64,000 bases of DNA from Eledone cirrhosa (GCA_964016885.1 OZ024766.1:4092001-4156000), one strand, 5' to 3'. Counted from the stretch's first letter, positions 14,920-27,719 are shown. A program made the numbers and translations. The notes: a model not told the origin generated them from the letters alone.

Positions 14920-15150
14920 TTGAAAATCTTGGGTAAAGACCGAGAGAATACGATCGCGAATACAAGCGGCCGAAATGGGATTCCTCCGAAGGGTCTTTGG
15001 AGTAACGTTACTCGATAAAGTGTGTAGTTCGGGGATCAGGGAGTCCCTCCAGGTAGAGGCACCATTTCTCACGAATTGAGAGATCACAGCTCTGAGACTA
15101 CAGACATGTGGTTAGAATGTCTCAGGAGAGAATCTCTGAATTGAGAGATG
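14920..15150 (+). mobile_element. Same RTE family, with essentially one unit of the 65-bp segment
   Basis: ERIRSRIQAAEMGFLRRVFGVTLLDKVCSSGIRESLQVE followed by one unit and the start of a second. Confidence 0.75.
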
Positions 15151-15156
15151 ACATAA

Positions 15157-15203
<47 letters not shown>

Positions 15204-15691
15204 ATCTAAGGCGGGTAAAATTCCCGAGATCCATGGACGAGTTCTCTCCAGCGGTCTCTGTCCCTCATTATCGCTGCCATATCCTGCATCTCCAACAGAC
15301 CAGTGTCTGTCCTTAGGGCATCAACATACTATATATATAATATTTATATATATATATATATAATATTTATATTTATATATATATATATATAATATTTATA
15401 TTTATATATATATATATAATATTTATATATATATATATATATAATATTTATATATATATATAAATATAATATATATATATATAATATTTATATATATATA
15501 TATATATATAATATTTATATATATATAATATTTATATATATATAATATTTATATATATATATATATATAATATTTATATATATATAATATTTATATATAT
15601 ATATATAATATTTATACAACAACATATATATACAACATACATACATATATATATACACTGTATATATATATATATATATATACAGGGTACA

Positions 15692-15742
<51 letters not shown>

Positions 15743-15745
<3 letters not shown>

Positions 15746-16052
15746 TGTACCCTGGCATTCGTGATCTCAGTTATTCTCGGAATTTTCCTTGGAACCTAAT
15801 AATTGTTCGTAGAAACCACCGCATATTCGCGGAGTCGTAAATATCTTTAGCGATTTTTTCCTGGCTTTATTCCTGGCAATATATATTTTTTCACGCTTTT
15901 TAATGCTAAATTATTAATAACAATTTACTGTATTGGCTCACCTATATTTTACGTTTATAGGCATTTTTATGGACCACGTCCAATATTCGCGGTTTTTTAC
16001 TCTTCGCCGGTACAGAAGGAACGTAACCACTGCCAACACCGGGCGACAACTG
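15743..16052. mobile_element. Pogo/Tigger-like MITE
   Basis: TA-CAGT...ACTG-TA termini with degenerate inverted ends; non-coding; inside (TA)n. Confidence 0.45.
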
Positions 16053-16054
16053 TA

Positions 16055-16151
<97 letters not shown>

Positions 16152-16174
16152 GTATATATATATGTGTATATATG

Positions 16175-19012
16175 TATAGAAATAACAGCCATAACCATAA
16201 CAATGGCAGGAAAGTGAGAAATAGTGATAATGGTAATAATACTAGCGATAGACAGAACAACAACAACCACAATAATAATAATAATAGAAACGTTAACCAC
16301 AGACACAGCAACAGTGACCACAGTAGTAATAACGGTAACAATACGAACAACAACAACAACAATAACCACAGTGGTAATAATGGAAATAGTACATGTAGCA
16401 ACATCAACAAAAACAAGAAACATAATAATAGTAACAACCACAGTGGTAGAAATAGCAGTAACAACAACAATAACGGTGAAGTAAACAACAATACATCTAG
16501 CAATCATAACAATAATAATATTAATGCTAAGGATAGAAACAACAACAACCACCATGATAACAATAATAGCAACACACACAACTATGACGATAGAAATAAC
16601 GACAACCCCTTAGAGAAACTATTTTTCAACCCAGCTGACAAAACATATAAGATGGGTAATATCTATCCTACGAGGTTACCCTTTAATAAAAGAGTTTGCA
16701 TACCACAACAAATAGATGACGAGACGGAGGCACAGTTCACCATAGCTAGAAATAAGATTAGACAAGTAGTAGACAGGTACACTATGAGACAGAGCAGACC
16801 AGAGGCCCAACAACTTGGGATAAAACCTGTAGAAGGCTTGGTTAGCCTCAAGCAGCGCACAAGGGATGGTGAGGTAGTGTGTCTACCCACAGATAAGTCT
16901 GGTAGGATGTCAATAGATAGCATGCCGAACTACATCGAGGCAATGCAACCCCACATCACCAACACGAGCGAAGTTGCACAACTAACACACGATGGGAGAG
17001 AAAAAATCCTCAACGCTCACATGATGATGTGGACTGACATCCTAAAGCCAAGCAGACGCACTGCCAACAACTTCCAGGCGTCTAACAATGGCATACCACC
17101 CTTGTATGGGCTCCGCAAAGACCACAAGACAGTCGACGACCCGACAATAGGACCACCAACAAGACCTGTATGCGGAGCTAATATAGCTAGCAACTACAGG
17201 ATCTCCTACTTCCTCTCAATGGTTATACGCCCCATAATCAAGATGTCCCCAGATGTATGTGAAAGTACAGAGGACCTCCTCAGCAGAATCAGTGAGTGCA
17301 ACAAAAACAGGAGCCTATCCAACTGCATAATAGGCAGCATGGATGTGGTGTCACTGTACCCATCCATTAACATTGATTTTGCTGTGAAAAGATGTGTGGA
17401 GATGATCATTGAGAGTGAGGTGGAGTTCTGCGACGTCGACACAGACGAACTGGGCCTCCTACTTAGACTTACCTACGACACTGACTACCTAGACAGCCAT
17501 GACCTTAGATGTTTCTGCCCTAGTAGACCTATAAGAGGTAGACCCCCCACCATAACCTCAATGGCTAAAAAGACTCCCATAGGAAGGTGGATTGGGTGGA
17601 CCAAAGCTATACGGACCCCCCAAAACACTGATCAGGTAAGAAAAATGGTCGCACATGCAATAGGGGCTAGTATCAAAACTACCCTAAAGGGCCACATATT
17701 TAAGTTCAATGAGAAAATCTACACCCAAAATGAGGGAGCAGCCATCGGCGTCAGCATAGCTGGCGATGTTGCCAACCTTTTCATGGTATGGTGGGAAAGG
17801 AGACTTAAAGATCTCCTTAATGAAAGCTCCATAGACCTCATCATGTACTCTCGTTATGTAGACGATATCAATATAGTTATAAGAACACCCCCACTAGAGA
17901 GCACTAACAAGTTTGATTTAGAACGTAGCACGATGGAAAGCATCCAGCAGATAGCTAATTCCATACACCAGAGTATAACTGTAACTATAGACTTCCCTTC
18001 CAAACACCCTAACAATAGACTACCTGTATTAGACACAGAACTCTGGATTAACACTATAGACGAGAGAGCCCAAATTCTCCACTCACACTATACTAAACCC
18101 ATGGCCTCCAAATACCTGATACTCAAAAACTCAGCAATGTCCAGTAGTGCTAAGTTTAATATTCTGATCGCAGATTTGGTACGAGTGATGAAGAATGTGT
18201 CCAGCATGTGCGACCCAACAGAAATGGAAGGACACATCCAACACTTCATCAACCGCATGCAGTTCTCTGGCTACAACCAAAGAGACAGAGTCAGAGTATA
18301 CGAAGGAGCCATGGAAAAGTATAAGACCCTCATAGAACTGGACATGAAAGGAATTTGCCCACTATACAGGAGCAAATCATGGAATAGCTTAGATAGGGCT
18401 AGACATAAGATAGGGAAGGCCACATCATGGTACGACAACCAGAGATATCAGAGTGTCATGTTTGTGGACGCCACCCCTGGAGGGAAATTAGCTAACCAGT
18501 GTAGAAAGGCCCTGAGAAAGACCCACTTAAAAATAAAGGTGGTAGAAAAGCCAGGAACCACCATAAAATCCCTGATCAGCAAAACCTACCCTTTTAAGAA
18601 AACCCACTGTACCAATAGGAAATGTATCATATGTAAGGTGAACCCCCGGATAAACTGTAAAACTAGAAACGTAGTCTATAGCATAAGATGTACAGAGGGT
18701 ACTTGCAGAAACACGACAACAACATACATAGGTGAGACAGCTCGTAGCATAGGTGAAAGGATAGACCAACACTGGGGGGAACTAAAAGGACGAAAAAACG
18801 GGTCAGTACTATACGAACATGCTAGACAACATCATGACGGTAACATAGACAACATAGAAATTAGAATAATATCTAAACATAGGAATGACCCAGCAGATAG
18901 GCAAATCAGAGAGGCCAGTGAAATAGAAATTAGAAGACCAAAGCTAAACAGAAAGAATGAGTGGAACAACAACAACACCCAAACAAACAACACTGACCTA
19001 AGAGAAGTATAA
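16175..19012 (+). pseudogene. 5'-truncated upstream copy of the PLE ORF (lacks about 264 N-terminal codons)
   Basis: Matches 20306-23143 except for one substitution I noticed (HYTKP vs HYAKP). The track's ATG at 16058 lies in microsatellite, not element sequence. Confidence 0.9.
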
Positions 19013-19283
19013 ATAAATAAGTAAATTAAATTAAATAAAATAAGATAAATAAATACATACACAAGCACATAAACACACACTAGTCACCCAGCAGACAACA
19101 CTATACACACTAGTCACACATCACACATCACACATAACACTATACACACACGCAAACGCATGCGCAAAGAAGACAAAATAAAATAAGATAAACAAACAAG
19201 CAAATAAATAAATAAATATATAGACAGACTGAACAAAAAAAAATGGCGTAGACATACAACACAACAGGAGGAACAATGAATAT

Positions 19284-19330
19284 AACACCACTGACGATGT
19301 TGCAGATGTGCAACGAAAGATTTATGTAAA
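19284..19330 (+). ncRNA. Hammerhead-ribozyme-like motif in the PLE pLTR (second copy 23415-23461)
   Basis: CTGACGA-T-GTTGCA(GATG)TGCAAC-GAAA-GATT-TA-TG: core and 6-bp stem II are intact, but stem I is only ~2 bp. HHRs in PLE pLTRs are established. Confidence 0.6.
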
Positions 19331-19430
19331 CTATATATATATGTGTTTGTCTATATTGTATCTGTATTATTTTTGACCGCCGGTCAGTCAATGGCAACAT
19401 TGAGGACCGAGTAAGTTAGATCGCAGATAT

Positions 19431-19475
19431 ATATATATAAAAGACAGCGAGAAGCGAAAACCAACCAAACAGTGA
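19431..19475 (+). promoter_or_regulatory. Putative TATA box plus initiator of the PLE ORF
   Basis: TATAAAAG at ~19436 and ACAGT ~30 nt downstream, about 45 nt before the ATG. Both are retained in the diverged relative at ~30840-30875. Confidence 0.35.
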
Positions 19476-19513
19476 GTGTGTTCTGTTATTAATTCTGGCA
19501 ATATTACGCAAAT

Positions 19514-22500
19514 ATGACCCTCCCCAAATATAACAATATCTGTTTCGACACACGATTTCATATAAAAAACCTCGCAAAACTAATTCATCGCCGCTATGGC
19601 ATTAGCTTGTGCCAAGCTGAAAGGTTATTGAAAGACACTGTTTTCTGTTATATAAAAACTACAATAACAACAGAACAAATCCGCTTCTTAAAACACTGTG
19701 TTTCCTCCAAAACATACACAACAAACATATCAAAACAAGTAAATAATTTATTATTGAACAAAACACAAGCTGAACGGCTAAAACACACAATAACAGTTAA
19801 TATGAAAAGAACAACATACACAAAAGTCAACGCACTCTACAGACAAAAACGCATCAACGGTAAGGAAATCCGAAATCTCATCACAGCAAACGAGAGAGAT
19901 GACTTCATGAGCGTCATCCGACGCGAAACGAAATATGCTCAAAACGAATGCTGTAGGCATTTCAAGAAGAAATTAGAATGGATGAATAAGAAAAAACTAC
20001 AAGAAAGGAAAATCGAACATTCTCAAAAATACCCAGATAACATCGACAACATCCGTATGAGTGATGTAAAACTACCGGAAGAATTTACCAATGACCACAC
20101 AGTAAATATCTATGGGAACACTTTAATCAGTGAACAAGAACAACAAATCCTAAAGTTACCACCAAAATTTGCCATCTACAAAAAGATTAATCCTATGGAA
20201 TGCAAAACGGAGCTGGAAAAGTGTTTCACAAAAATACGTTGGAATGCAAAGGTAAACAACAACAACAATAATAACGGTAGTAGTAATATAAACAATAACT
20301 CTGGGTATAGAAATAACAGCCATAACCATAACAATGGCAGGAAAGTGAGAAATAGTGATAATGGTAATAATACTAGCGATAGACAGAACAACAACAACCA
20401 CAATAATAATAATAATAGAAACGTTAACCACAGACACAGCAACAGTGACCACAGTAGTAATAACGGTAACAATACGAACAACAACAACAACAATAACCAC
20501 AGTGGTAATAATGGAAATAGTACATGTAGCAACATCAACAAAAACAAGAAACATAATAATAGTAACAACCACAGTGGTAGAAATAGCAGTAACAACAACA
20601 ATAACGGTGAAGTAAACAACAATACATCTAGCAATCATAACAATAATAATATTAATGCTAAGGATAGAAACAACAACAACCACCATGATAACAATAATAG
20701 CAACACACACAACTATGACGATAGAAATAACGACAACCCCTTAGAGAAACTATTTTTCAACCCAGCTGACAAAACATATAAGATGGGTAATATCTATCCT
20801 ACGAGGTTACCCTTTAATAAAAGAGTTTGCATACCACAACAAATAGATGACGAGACGGAGGCACAGTTCACCATAGCTAGAAATAAGATTAGACAAGTAG
20901 TAGACAGGTACACTATGAGACAGAGCAGACCAGAGGCCCAACAACTTGGGATAAAACCTGTAGAAGGCTTGGTTAGCCTCAAGCAGCGCACAAGGGATGG
21001 TGAGGTAGTGTGTCTACCCACAGATAAGTCTGGTAGGATGTCAATAGATAGCATGCCGAACTACATCGAGGCAATGCAACCCCACATCACCAACACGAGC
21101 GAAGTTGCACAACTAACACACGATGGGAGAGAAAAAATCCTCAACGCTCACATGATGATGTGGACTGACATCCTAAAGCCAAGCAGACGCACTGCCAACA
21201 ACTTCCAGGCGTCTAACAATGGCATACCACCCTTGTATGGGCTCCGCAAAGACCACAAGACAGTCGACGACCCGACAATAGGACCACCAACAAGACCTGT
21301 ATGCGGAGCTAATATAGCTAGCAACTACAGGATCTCCTACTTCCTCTCAATGGTTATACGCCCCATAATCAAGATGTCCCCAGATGTATGTGAAAGTACA
21401 GAGGACCTCCTCAGCAGAATCAGTGAGTGCAACAAAAACAGGAGCCTATCCAACTGCATAATAGGCAGCATGGATGTGGTGTCACTGTACCCATCCATTA
21501 ACATTGATTTTGCTGTGAAAAGATGTGTGGAGATGATCATTGAGAGTGAGGTGGAGTTCTGCGACGTCGACACAGACGAACTGGGCCTCCTACTTAGACT
21601 TACCTACGACACTGACTACCTAGACAGCCATGACCTTAGATGTTTCTGCCCTAGTAGACCTATAAGAGGTAGACCCCCCACCATAACCTCAATGGCTAAA
21701 AAGACTCCCATAGGAAGGTGGATTGGGTGGACCAAAGCTATACGGACCCCCCAAAACACTGATCAGGTAAGAAAAATGGTCGCACATGCAATAGGGGCTA
21801 GTATCAAAACTACCCTAAAGGGCCACATATTTAAGTTCAATGAGAAAATCTACACCCAAAATGAGGGAGCAGCCATCGGCGTCAGCATAGCTGGCGATGT
21901 TGCCAACCTTTTCATGGTATGGTGGGAAAGGAGACTTAAAGATCTCCTTAATGAAAGCTCCATAGACCTCATCATGTACTCTCGTTATGTAGACGATATC
22001 AATATAGTTATAAGAACACCCCCACTAGAGAGCACTAACAAGTTTGATTTAGAACGTAGCACGATGGAAAGCATCCAGCAGATAGCTAATTCCATACACC
22101 AGAGTATAACTGTAACTATAGACTTCCCTTCCAAACACCCTAACAATAGACTACCTGTATTAGACACAGAACTCTGGATTAACACTATAGACGAGAGAGC
22201 CCAAATTCTCCACTCACACTATGCTAAACCCATGGCCTCCAAATACCTGATACTCAAAAACTCAGCAATGTCCAGTAGTGCTAAGTTTAATATTCTGATC
22301 GCAGATTTGGTACGAGTGATGAAGAATGTGTCCAGCATGTGCGACCCAACAGAAATGGAAGGACACATCCAACACTTCATCAACCGCATGCAGTTCTCTG
22401 GCTACAACCAAAGAGACAGAGTCAGAGTATACGAAGGAGCCATGGAAAAGTATAAGACCCTCATAGAACTGGACATGAAAGGAATTTGCCCACTATACAG

Positions 22501-23143
22501 GAGCAAATCATGGAATAGCTTAGATAGGGCTAGACATAAGATAGGGAAGGCCACATCATGGTACGACAACCAGAGATATCAGAGTGTCATGTTTGTGGAC
22601 GCCACCCCTGGAGGGAAATTAGCTAACCAGTGTAGAAAGGCCCTGAGAAAGACCCACTTAAAAATAAAGGTGGTAGAAAAGCCAGGAACCACCATAAAAT
22701 CCCTGATCAGCAAAACCTACCCTTTTAAGAAAACCCACTGTACCAATAGGAAATGTATCATATGTAAGGTGAACCCCCGGATAAACTGTAAAACTAGAAA
22801 CGTAGTCTATAGCATAAGATGTACAGAGGGTACTTGCAGAAACACGACAACAACATACATAGGTGAGACAGCTCGTAGCATAGGTGAAAGGATAGACCAA
22901 CACTGGGGGGAACTAAAAGGACGAAAAAACGGGTCAGTACTATACGAACATGCTAGACAACATCATGACGGTAACATAGACAACATAGAAATTAGAATAA
23001 TATCTAAACATAGGAATGACCCAGCAGATAGGCAAATCAGAGAGGCCAGTGAAATAGAAATTAGAAGACCAAAGCTAAACAGAAAGAATGAGTGGAACAA
23101 CAACAACACCCAAACAAACAACACTGACCTAAGAGAAGTATAA
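19514..23143 (+). CDS. Intact PLE polyprotein, 1209 aa: N-terminal domain, Asn-rich insert, reverse transcriptase, Cys-rich linker, GIY-YIG endonuclease
   Basis: RT-region motifs PTDKSG, LYGLRKDHK..PTRPV, SMDVVSLYPSI, QNEGAAIGVSIAGDVANLFM, YSRYVDD, LPVLD; linker CTNRKCIIC...C; endonuclease NVVYSIRC...YIGETARSIGERIDQH...H...REASEI...PKLN. Confidence 0.95.
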   Translation: MTLPKYNNICFDTRFHIKNLAKLIHRRYGISLCQAERLLKDTVFCYIKTTITTEQIRFLKHCVSSKTYTTNISKQVNNLLLNKTQAERLKHTITVNMKRTTYTKVNALYRQKRINGKEIRNLITANERDDFMSVIRRETKYAQNECCRHFKKKLEWMNKKKLQERKIEHSQKYPDNIDNIRMSDVKLPEEFTNDHTVNIYGNTLISEQEQQILKLPPKFAIYKKINPMECKTELEKCFTKIRWNAKVNNNNNNNGSSNINNNSGYRNNSHNHNNGRKVRNSDNGNNTSDRQNNNNHNNNNNRNVNHRHSNSDHSSNNGNNTNNNNNNNHSGNNGNSTCSNINKNKKHNNSNNHSGRNSSNNNNNGEVNNNTSSNHNNNNINAKDRNNNNHHDNNNSNTHNYDDRNNDNPLEKLFFNPADKTYKMGNIYPTRLPFNKRVCIPQQIDDETEAQFTIARNKIRQVVDRYTMRQSRPEAQQLGIKPVEGLVSLKQRTRDGEVVCLPTDKSGRMSIDSMPNYIEAMQPHITNTSEVAQLTHDGREKILNAHMMMWTDILKPSRRTANNFQASNNGIPPLYGLRKDHKTVDDPTIGPPTRPVCGANIASNYRISYFLSMVIRPIIKMSPDVCESTEDLLSRISECNKNRSLSNCIIGSMDVVSLYPSINIDFAVKRCVEMIIESEVEFCDVDTDELGLLLRLTYDTDYLDSHDLRCFCPSRPIRGRPPTITSMAKKTPIGRWIGWTKAIRTPQNTDQVRKMVAHAIGASIKTTLKGHIFKFNEKIYTQNEGAAIGVSIAGDVANLFMVWWERRLKDLLNESSIDLIMYSRYVDDINIVIRTPPLESTNKFDLERSTMESIQQIANSIHQSITVTIDFPSKHPNNRLPVLDTELWINTIDERAQILHSHYAKPMASKYLILKNSAMSSSAKFNILIADLVRVMKNVSSMCDPTEMEGHIQHFINRMQFSGYNQRDRVRVYEGAMEKYKTLIELDMKGICPLYRSKSWNSLDRARHKIGKATSWYDNQRYQSVMFVDATPGGKLANQCRKALRKTHLKIKVVEKPGTTIKSLISKTYPFKKTHCTNRKCIICKVNPRINCKTRNVVYSIRCTEGTCRNTTTTYIGETARSIGERIDQHWGELKGRKNGSVLYEHARQHHDGNIDNIEIRIISKHRNDPADRQIREASEIEIRRPKLNRKNEWNNNNTQTNNTDLREV

Positions 23144-23712
23144 ATAAATAAGTAAATTAAATTAAATAAAATAAGATAAATAAATACATACACAAGCACA
23201 TAAACACACACTAGTCACCCAGCAGACAACACTATACACACTAGTCACACATCACACATCACACATAACACTATACACACACGCAAACGCATGCGCAAAG
23301 AAGACAAAATAAAATAAGATAAACAAACAAGCAAATAAATAAATAAATATATAGACAGACTGAACAAAAAAAAATGGCGTAGACATACAACACAACAGGA
23401 GGAACAATGAATATAACACCACTGACGATGTTGCAGATGTGCAACGAAAGATTTATGTAAACTATATATATATGTGTTTGTCTATATTGTATCTGTATTA
23501 TTTTTGACCGCCGGTCAGTCAATGGCAACATTGAGGACCGAGTAAGTTAGATCGCAGATATATATATATAAAAGACAGCGAGAAGCGAAAACCAACCAAA
23601 CAGTGAGTGTGTTCTGTTATTAATTCTGGCAATATTACGCAAATATGACCCTCCCCAAATATAACAATATCTGTTTCGACACACGATTTCATATAAAAAA
23701 ACCTCGCAAAAC
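23144..23712 (+). repeat. Pseudo-LTR copy 2, ending ~68 nt into a third ORF start and fusing to (TA)n
   Basis: Matches copy 1 apart from one extra A near 23700; ends ...cgcaaaact|atatatg. Confidence 0.85.
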
Positions 23713-23806
23713 TATATATGTATATATATATGTATATATATATATGTATGTATATATATATGTATATATATATATGTATATATATATATATGTATATATA
23801 TATATG

Positions 23807-23855
<49 letters not shown>

Positions 23856-23895
23856 GTATATATATATGTATATATATGTATATATATGTATATGT

Positions 23896-23947
<52 letters not shown>

Positions 23948-24170
23948 GTATATATATGTATATATATGTATATGTATATATATGTATATATATGTATATA
24001 TATGTATATGTATATATATGTATATATATGTATATATATGTATATATATATATGTATATATATGTATATATATATGTATATATATATATGTATATATATG
24101 TATATATATATGTATATATATATGTATATATATGTATATATATATATACATATATATATATGTATATATG

Positions 24171-24231
<61 letters not shown>

Positions 24232-24251
24232 ATGTACGTCTGCATACATAT

Positions 24252-24430
24252 ATATATCTATCTTAAACAAGGCTCAGAATTAACTATGCGGAAGATCCCA
24301 TTATAGTACTGTAAAATAAAGTCAGGTTATAGCCTCTGGAAAAATACCTATATGATTTCCTTCATTTTAAAGTACTCTAATGTGATCTACACTATAGTTA
24401 ATTCCAAGCCTTGTTTAAGATAGATATATA
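24252..24430. repeat. Imperfect fold-back / MITE-like element
   Basis: ATCTATCTTAAACAAGGCT..GAATTAACTAT / ATAGTTAATTC..AGCCTTGTTTAAGATAGAT inverted ends in TA context. Confidence 0.5.
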
Positions 24431-24534
24431 TTTGTATTTATAAACTTCTTAAGGATCACTAAAGTCATAATTTCAAATCCTGCGGACCAATAACATGAAA
24501 TTTTTTAAAATTGATAAATACATTTGTAAAATAT

Positions 24535-25772
24535 TTGTTTCTACATTAGGCACAAGGCCAGCAATTATCACAGTGTATTACTGGTACTTTATTTTATCGA
24601 CCCTGTAATAAATGTTTCTACTTTAGGCACAAGGCCAGCAATTACCTCAGTGCATTACTGGTACTTTATTTTATCGACCCTGTAAGGATGAAAGGCAAAG
24701 TTAACCTCGACGGGATTTGAACTCAGACCGTAAAGGGCCGTAACTCTATGCTGCAAAGCATGGCGTCCGACCCTCTACCGATACTGCCAAACCACAAAAT
24801 AACTGTTTCTACTTTTGGCACAAGGCCAGCAATCACCCCCAGTGTATTACTGGTACTTTATTTTATCGACCCCGTAAGGATGAAAGGCAAAGTTAACCTC
24901 GACGGGATTTGAACTCAGACCGTAAAGGGCCGTAACTCTATGCTGCAAAGCATGGCGTCAGACCCTCTACCGATACTGCCAAACCATGGAGAACTTCCAT
25001 TTTATTAAACAATACTGAAGTGTACCTGTGTCATATTGTCGATAGATGATAAATATGTGTAAAATTCTTTCATGGATGTTAAGTTCTTTACTGACGAGAA
25101 ATATATTTTAAGGGTGTTATAAAATATATTTTAACCAAATATTATTTTTGTTCTATTAGGCGGTGGATTGGCAGTATCAGTAGAGGGTCGGATGCCATGC
25201 TTTGGCGCACAGAGTTACGGCCCTTGCCATTCTGAGTTCATATCCCACCGAGGTTAACTCTTTGCCTTTCATCCTTACGGGGTCGATAAAATAAAGTACC
25301 AGTAATACACTGGGGGTAATTGCTGGCCTTGTGCCTAAAGTAGAAACAATTATTTTGTGGTTTGGCAGTATCAGTAGAGGGTCTGACGCCATGCTTTGCA
25401 ACATAGAGTTGCGGCCCTTTACGGTCTGAGTTCAAATCCGTCGAGGTTGACTTTGCCTTTCATCCTTACGGGGTCGATACAATAAAGTACCAGTAATACA
25501 CTGAGTAATTGCTGGCCTTGTGCCTAAAGTAGAAACAATTTTTTTTGTTCTATTTATTAATAAATCTGAAAATTTGAAAATAATTGTTTCTACTTTTGGC
25601 ACAAGGCCAGCAATTATCCCAGTGTATTACTAGTACTTTATTTTATCGACCCCGTAAGGATGAAAGGCAAAGTTAACCTCGGCGGGATTTGAACTCAGAC
25701 CATAAAGGGCCTTAACTCTTTGCTGCAAAGCATGGCGTCCGACCCTCTACCGATACTGCCAATCCACCGCCC
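24535..25772. mobile_element. Cluster of a second tRNA-like SINE family (tandem and inverted copies)
   Basis: GGCGGTGGATTGGCAGTATC...GAGTTCAAATCC...TTTGCCTTTCATCCTTACGGGGTCGATAAAATAAAGTACCAGT at 24535-24990(-), 25159-25540(+), 25580-25772(-). Also at 3322-3480, 9240-9420, 37950-38155, 59110-59260 and 63925-64000. Confidence 0.8.
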
Positions 25773-25949
25773 TATTTGAAAATTTGAAAATAATGCCCAC
25801 ATTTTTCTGCGGACCACCAAACTTTTCTCTCGTTGCAACCAGTTGTCTGCAGACTGTTCTAGATGACAAAGTTACTAGTTCTTTCAAGAGTACTTTCCCA
25901 GAGTACTTTTCAAGAGTACTTTCAAGAGTACTTTCAAGAGTACTTTCCC

Positions 25950-26520
25950 AGAGTCGCCGTATTCACATCTGGCAGTACGATCTGTTGGCTACTTTACTAA
26001 CACCTGCAGGCTTGCTCCAGGGTCGTTGTCTTCACATCTGGCCGTATGATCTGTTGGGTAAGGTTACATAGTACTTTACTAACACCTGCAGGCTTGCTCC
26101 AGGGTCGTTGTCTTCACATCTGGCCGTATGATCTGTTGGGTAAGGTTACATAGTACTTTACTAACATATGTGGGCTTGCTCCAGAGTTGTTGTCTTCACA
26201 TCTGGCCGTATAATCTGTTGGGTAAGGTTACATAGTACTTTACTAACATATGTAGGCCTGCTCCAGAGTAGTTGTCTTCACATCTGGCCGTATAATCTGT
26301 TGGGTAAGGTTACATAGTACTTTACTAACATATGTGGGCTTGCTCCAGAGTCACTGTCTTCACATCTGGCCGTATGATCTGTTGGGTAAGGTTACATAGT
26401 ACTTTACTAACATATGTAGGCCTGCTCCAGAGTCGTTGTCTTCACATCTGGCCGTATAATCTGTTGGTTAAGGTTACATAGTACTTTACTAACATATGTG
26501 GGCTTGCTCCAGAGTCGCTC
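25950..26520 (+). repeat. 82-bp minisatellite (~6-7 units)
   Basis: TTGTCTTCACATCTGGCCG... recurs at 26026, 26108, 26190 and onward. Confidence 0.85.
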
Positions 26521-26757
26521 TGTTCAAATCTAGCTGTGTGTTCTGTATGGCGAGGTTACAGAGTATCTTCATATTGTTATTTTCAGAGACAGATGGAGGT
26601 TGATAGGGGTACTAAAGTTTGTTATCTCCCAGGACATCAAACCGGGTGGCCGGCTGCTACACATATCTCCATTATCACGTCTGTTTTTACTTGTTAATTT
26701 CTTCCAATAGCTAGAGAATGAGTCACATACGTGTGGTTATGTGTGTGTTTGTGTGTG

Positions 26758-26822
<65 letters not shown>

Positions 26823-26909
26823 GTGTGTGTGGGGGAGGGGTGTTTGTATGAGTATATATATACATGTGTGTATATATATATATATATAATATATACATTA
26901 TATATATAT

Positions 26910-26942
<33 letters not shown>

Positions 26943-27027
26943 CATATTTGTATATATATATATACATATGTATATATATATGTATATATATATATGTTTA
27001 TATAATATATATATGTATATATGCATG

Positions 27028-27058
<31 letters not shown>

Positions 27059-27081
27059 GTATATATATACATATATACATG

Positions 27082-27118
<37 letters not shown>

Positions 27119-27147
27119 GTATATATATACATATATACATGTATATA

Positions 27148-27191
<44 letters not shown>

Positions 27192-27213
27192 AATGAATAT
27201 ATACATATATATA

Positions 27214-27295
<82 letters not shown>

Positions 27296-27719
27296 TATAC
27301 ATATATATACATATACATACATATACATATATATACACACAAATATACACAGATGATCTGAGACCCAAGATTTTTATCGTAGGGAGGGGTATATATATAT
27401 ATGTGGGGAGGGAGGGGGTGGGGGGCTCCAATGATGGCGGAAACACACCAGTTAGATTGGCAGACGATAAGGTCACGTGATCTACATCCTTCCATTTCTT
27501 CCATTTTTTATTATCTAATTTGAAGCGATTAAGATAAGCTAAACGGCTGTGTAGATGTGTGTGTGTGTGTGTGTGTAGGTGTGTGTCTGTAGGTGTAGGT
27601 GTGTGTGTAGGTGTGTGTAGGTGTGTGTGTAGATGTGTGTGTGAGTGTAGGTGTGTAGGTGTGTAGATGTGTGTGTGTAGGTGTGTGTCTGTAGGTGTGT
27701 AGTTGTGTGTGTGTGTGTG

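Larger units (their letters stand above)
19013..19580 (+). repeat. Pseudo-LTR (3' UTR, HHR-like motif, putative promoter, first ~22 codons), copy 1
   Basis: Directly repeated at 23144-23712. Contains AATAAA-rich tracts, an HHR core at 19291, TATAAAAG at ~19436 and the ORF ATG at 19514. Confidence 0.85.
16174..23712 (+). mobile_element. Penelope-like retroelement, partial tandem (5'-truncated copy + pLTR + full ORF + pLTR), period 4131 bp
   Basis: 16174-19580 recurs almost identically at 20305-23712. Both ends abut (TA)n/(TATG)n microsatellite. It encodes RT plus a C-terminal GIY-YIG endonuclease. Confidence 0.95.

Noticed and set aside
16058-16173. N-terminal extension of the 984-aa ORF
   Set aside because: It is microsatellite sequence; element homology begins at 16174.
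19411-19477. Intron in the pLTR (GTAAGT and GTGAGT donor-like sites)
   Set aside because: No suitable acceptor before the ATG, and GTAAGT is not conserved in the relative at ~30830.
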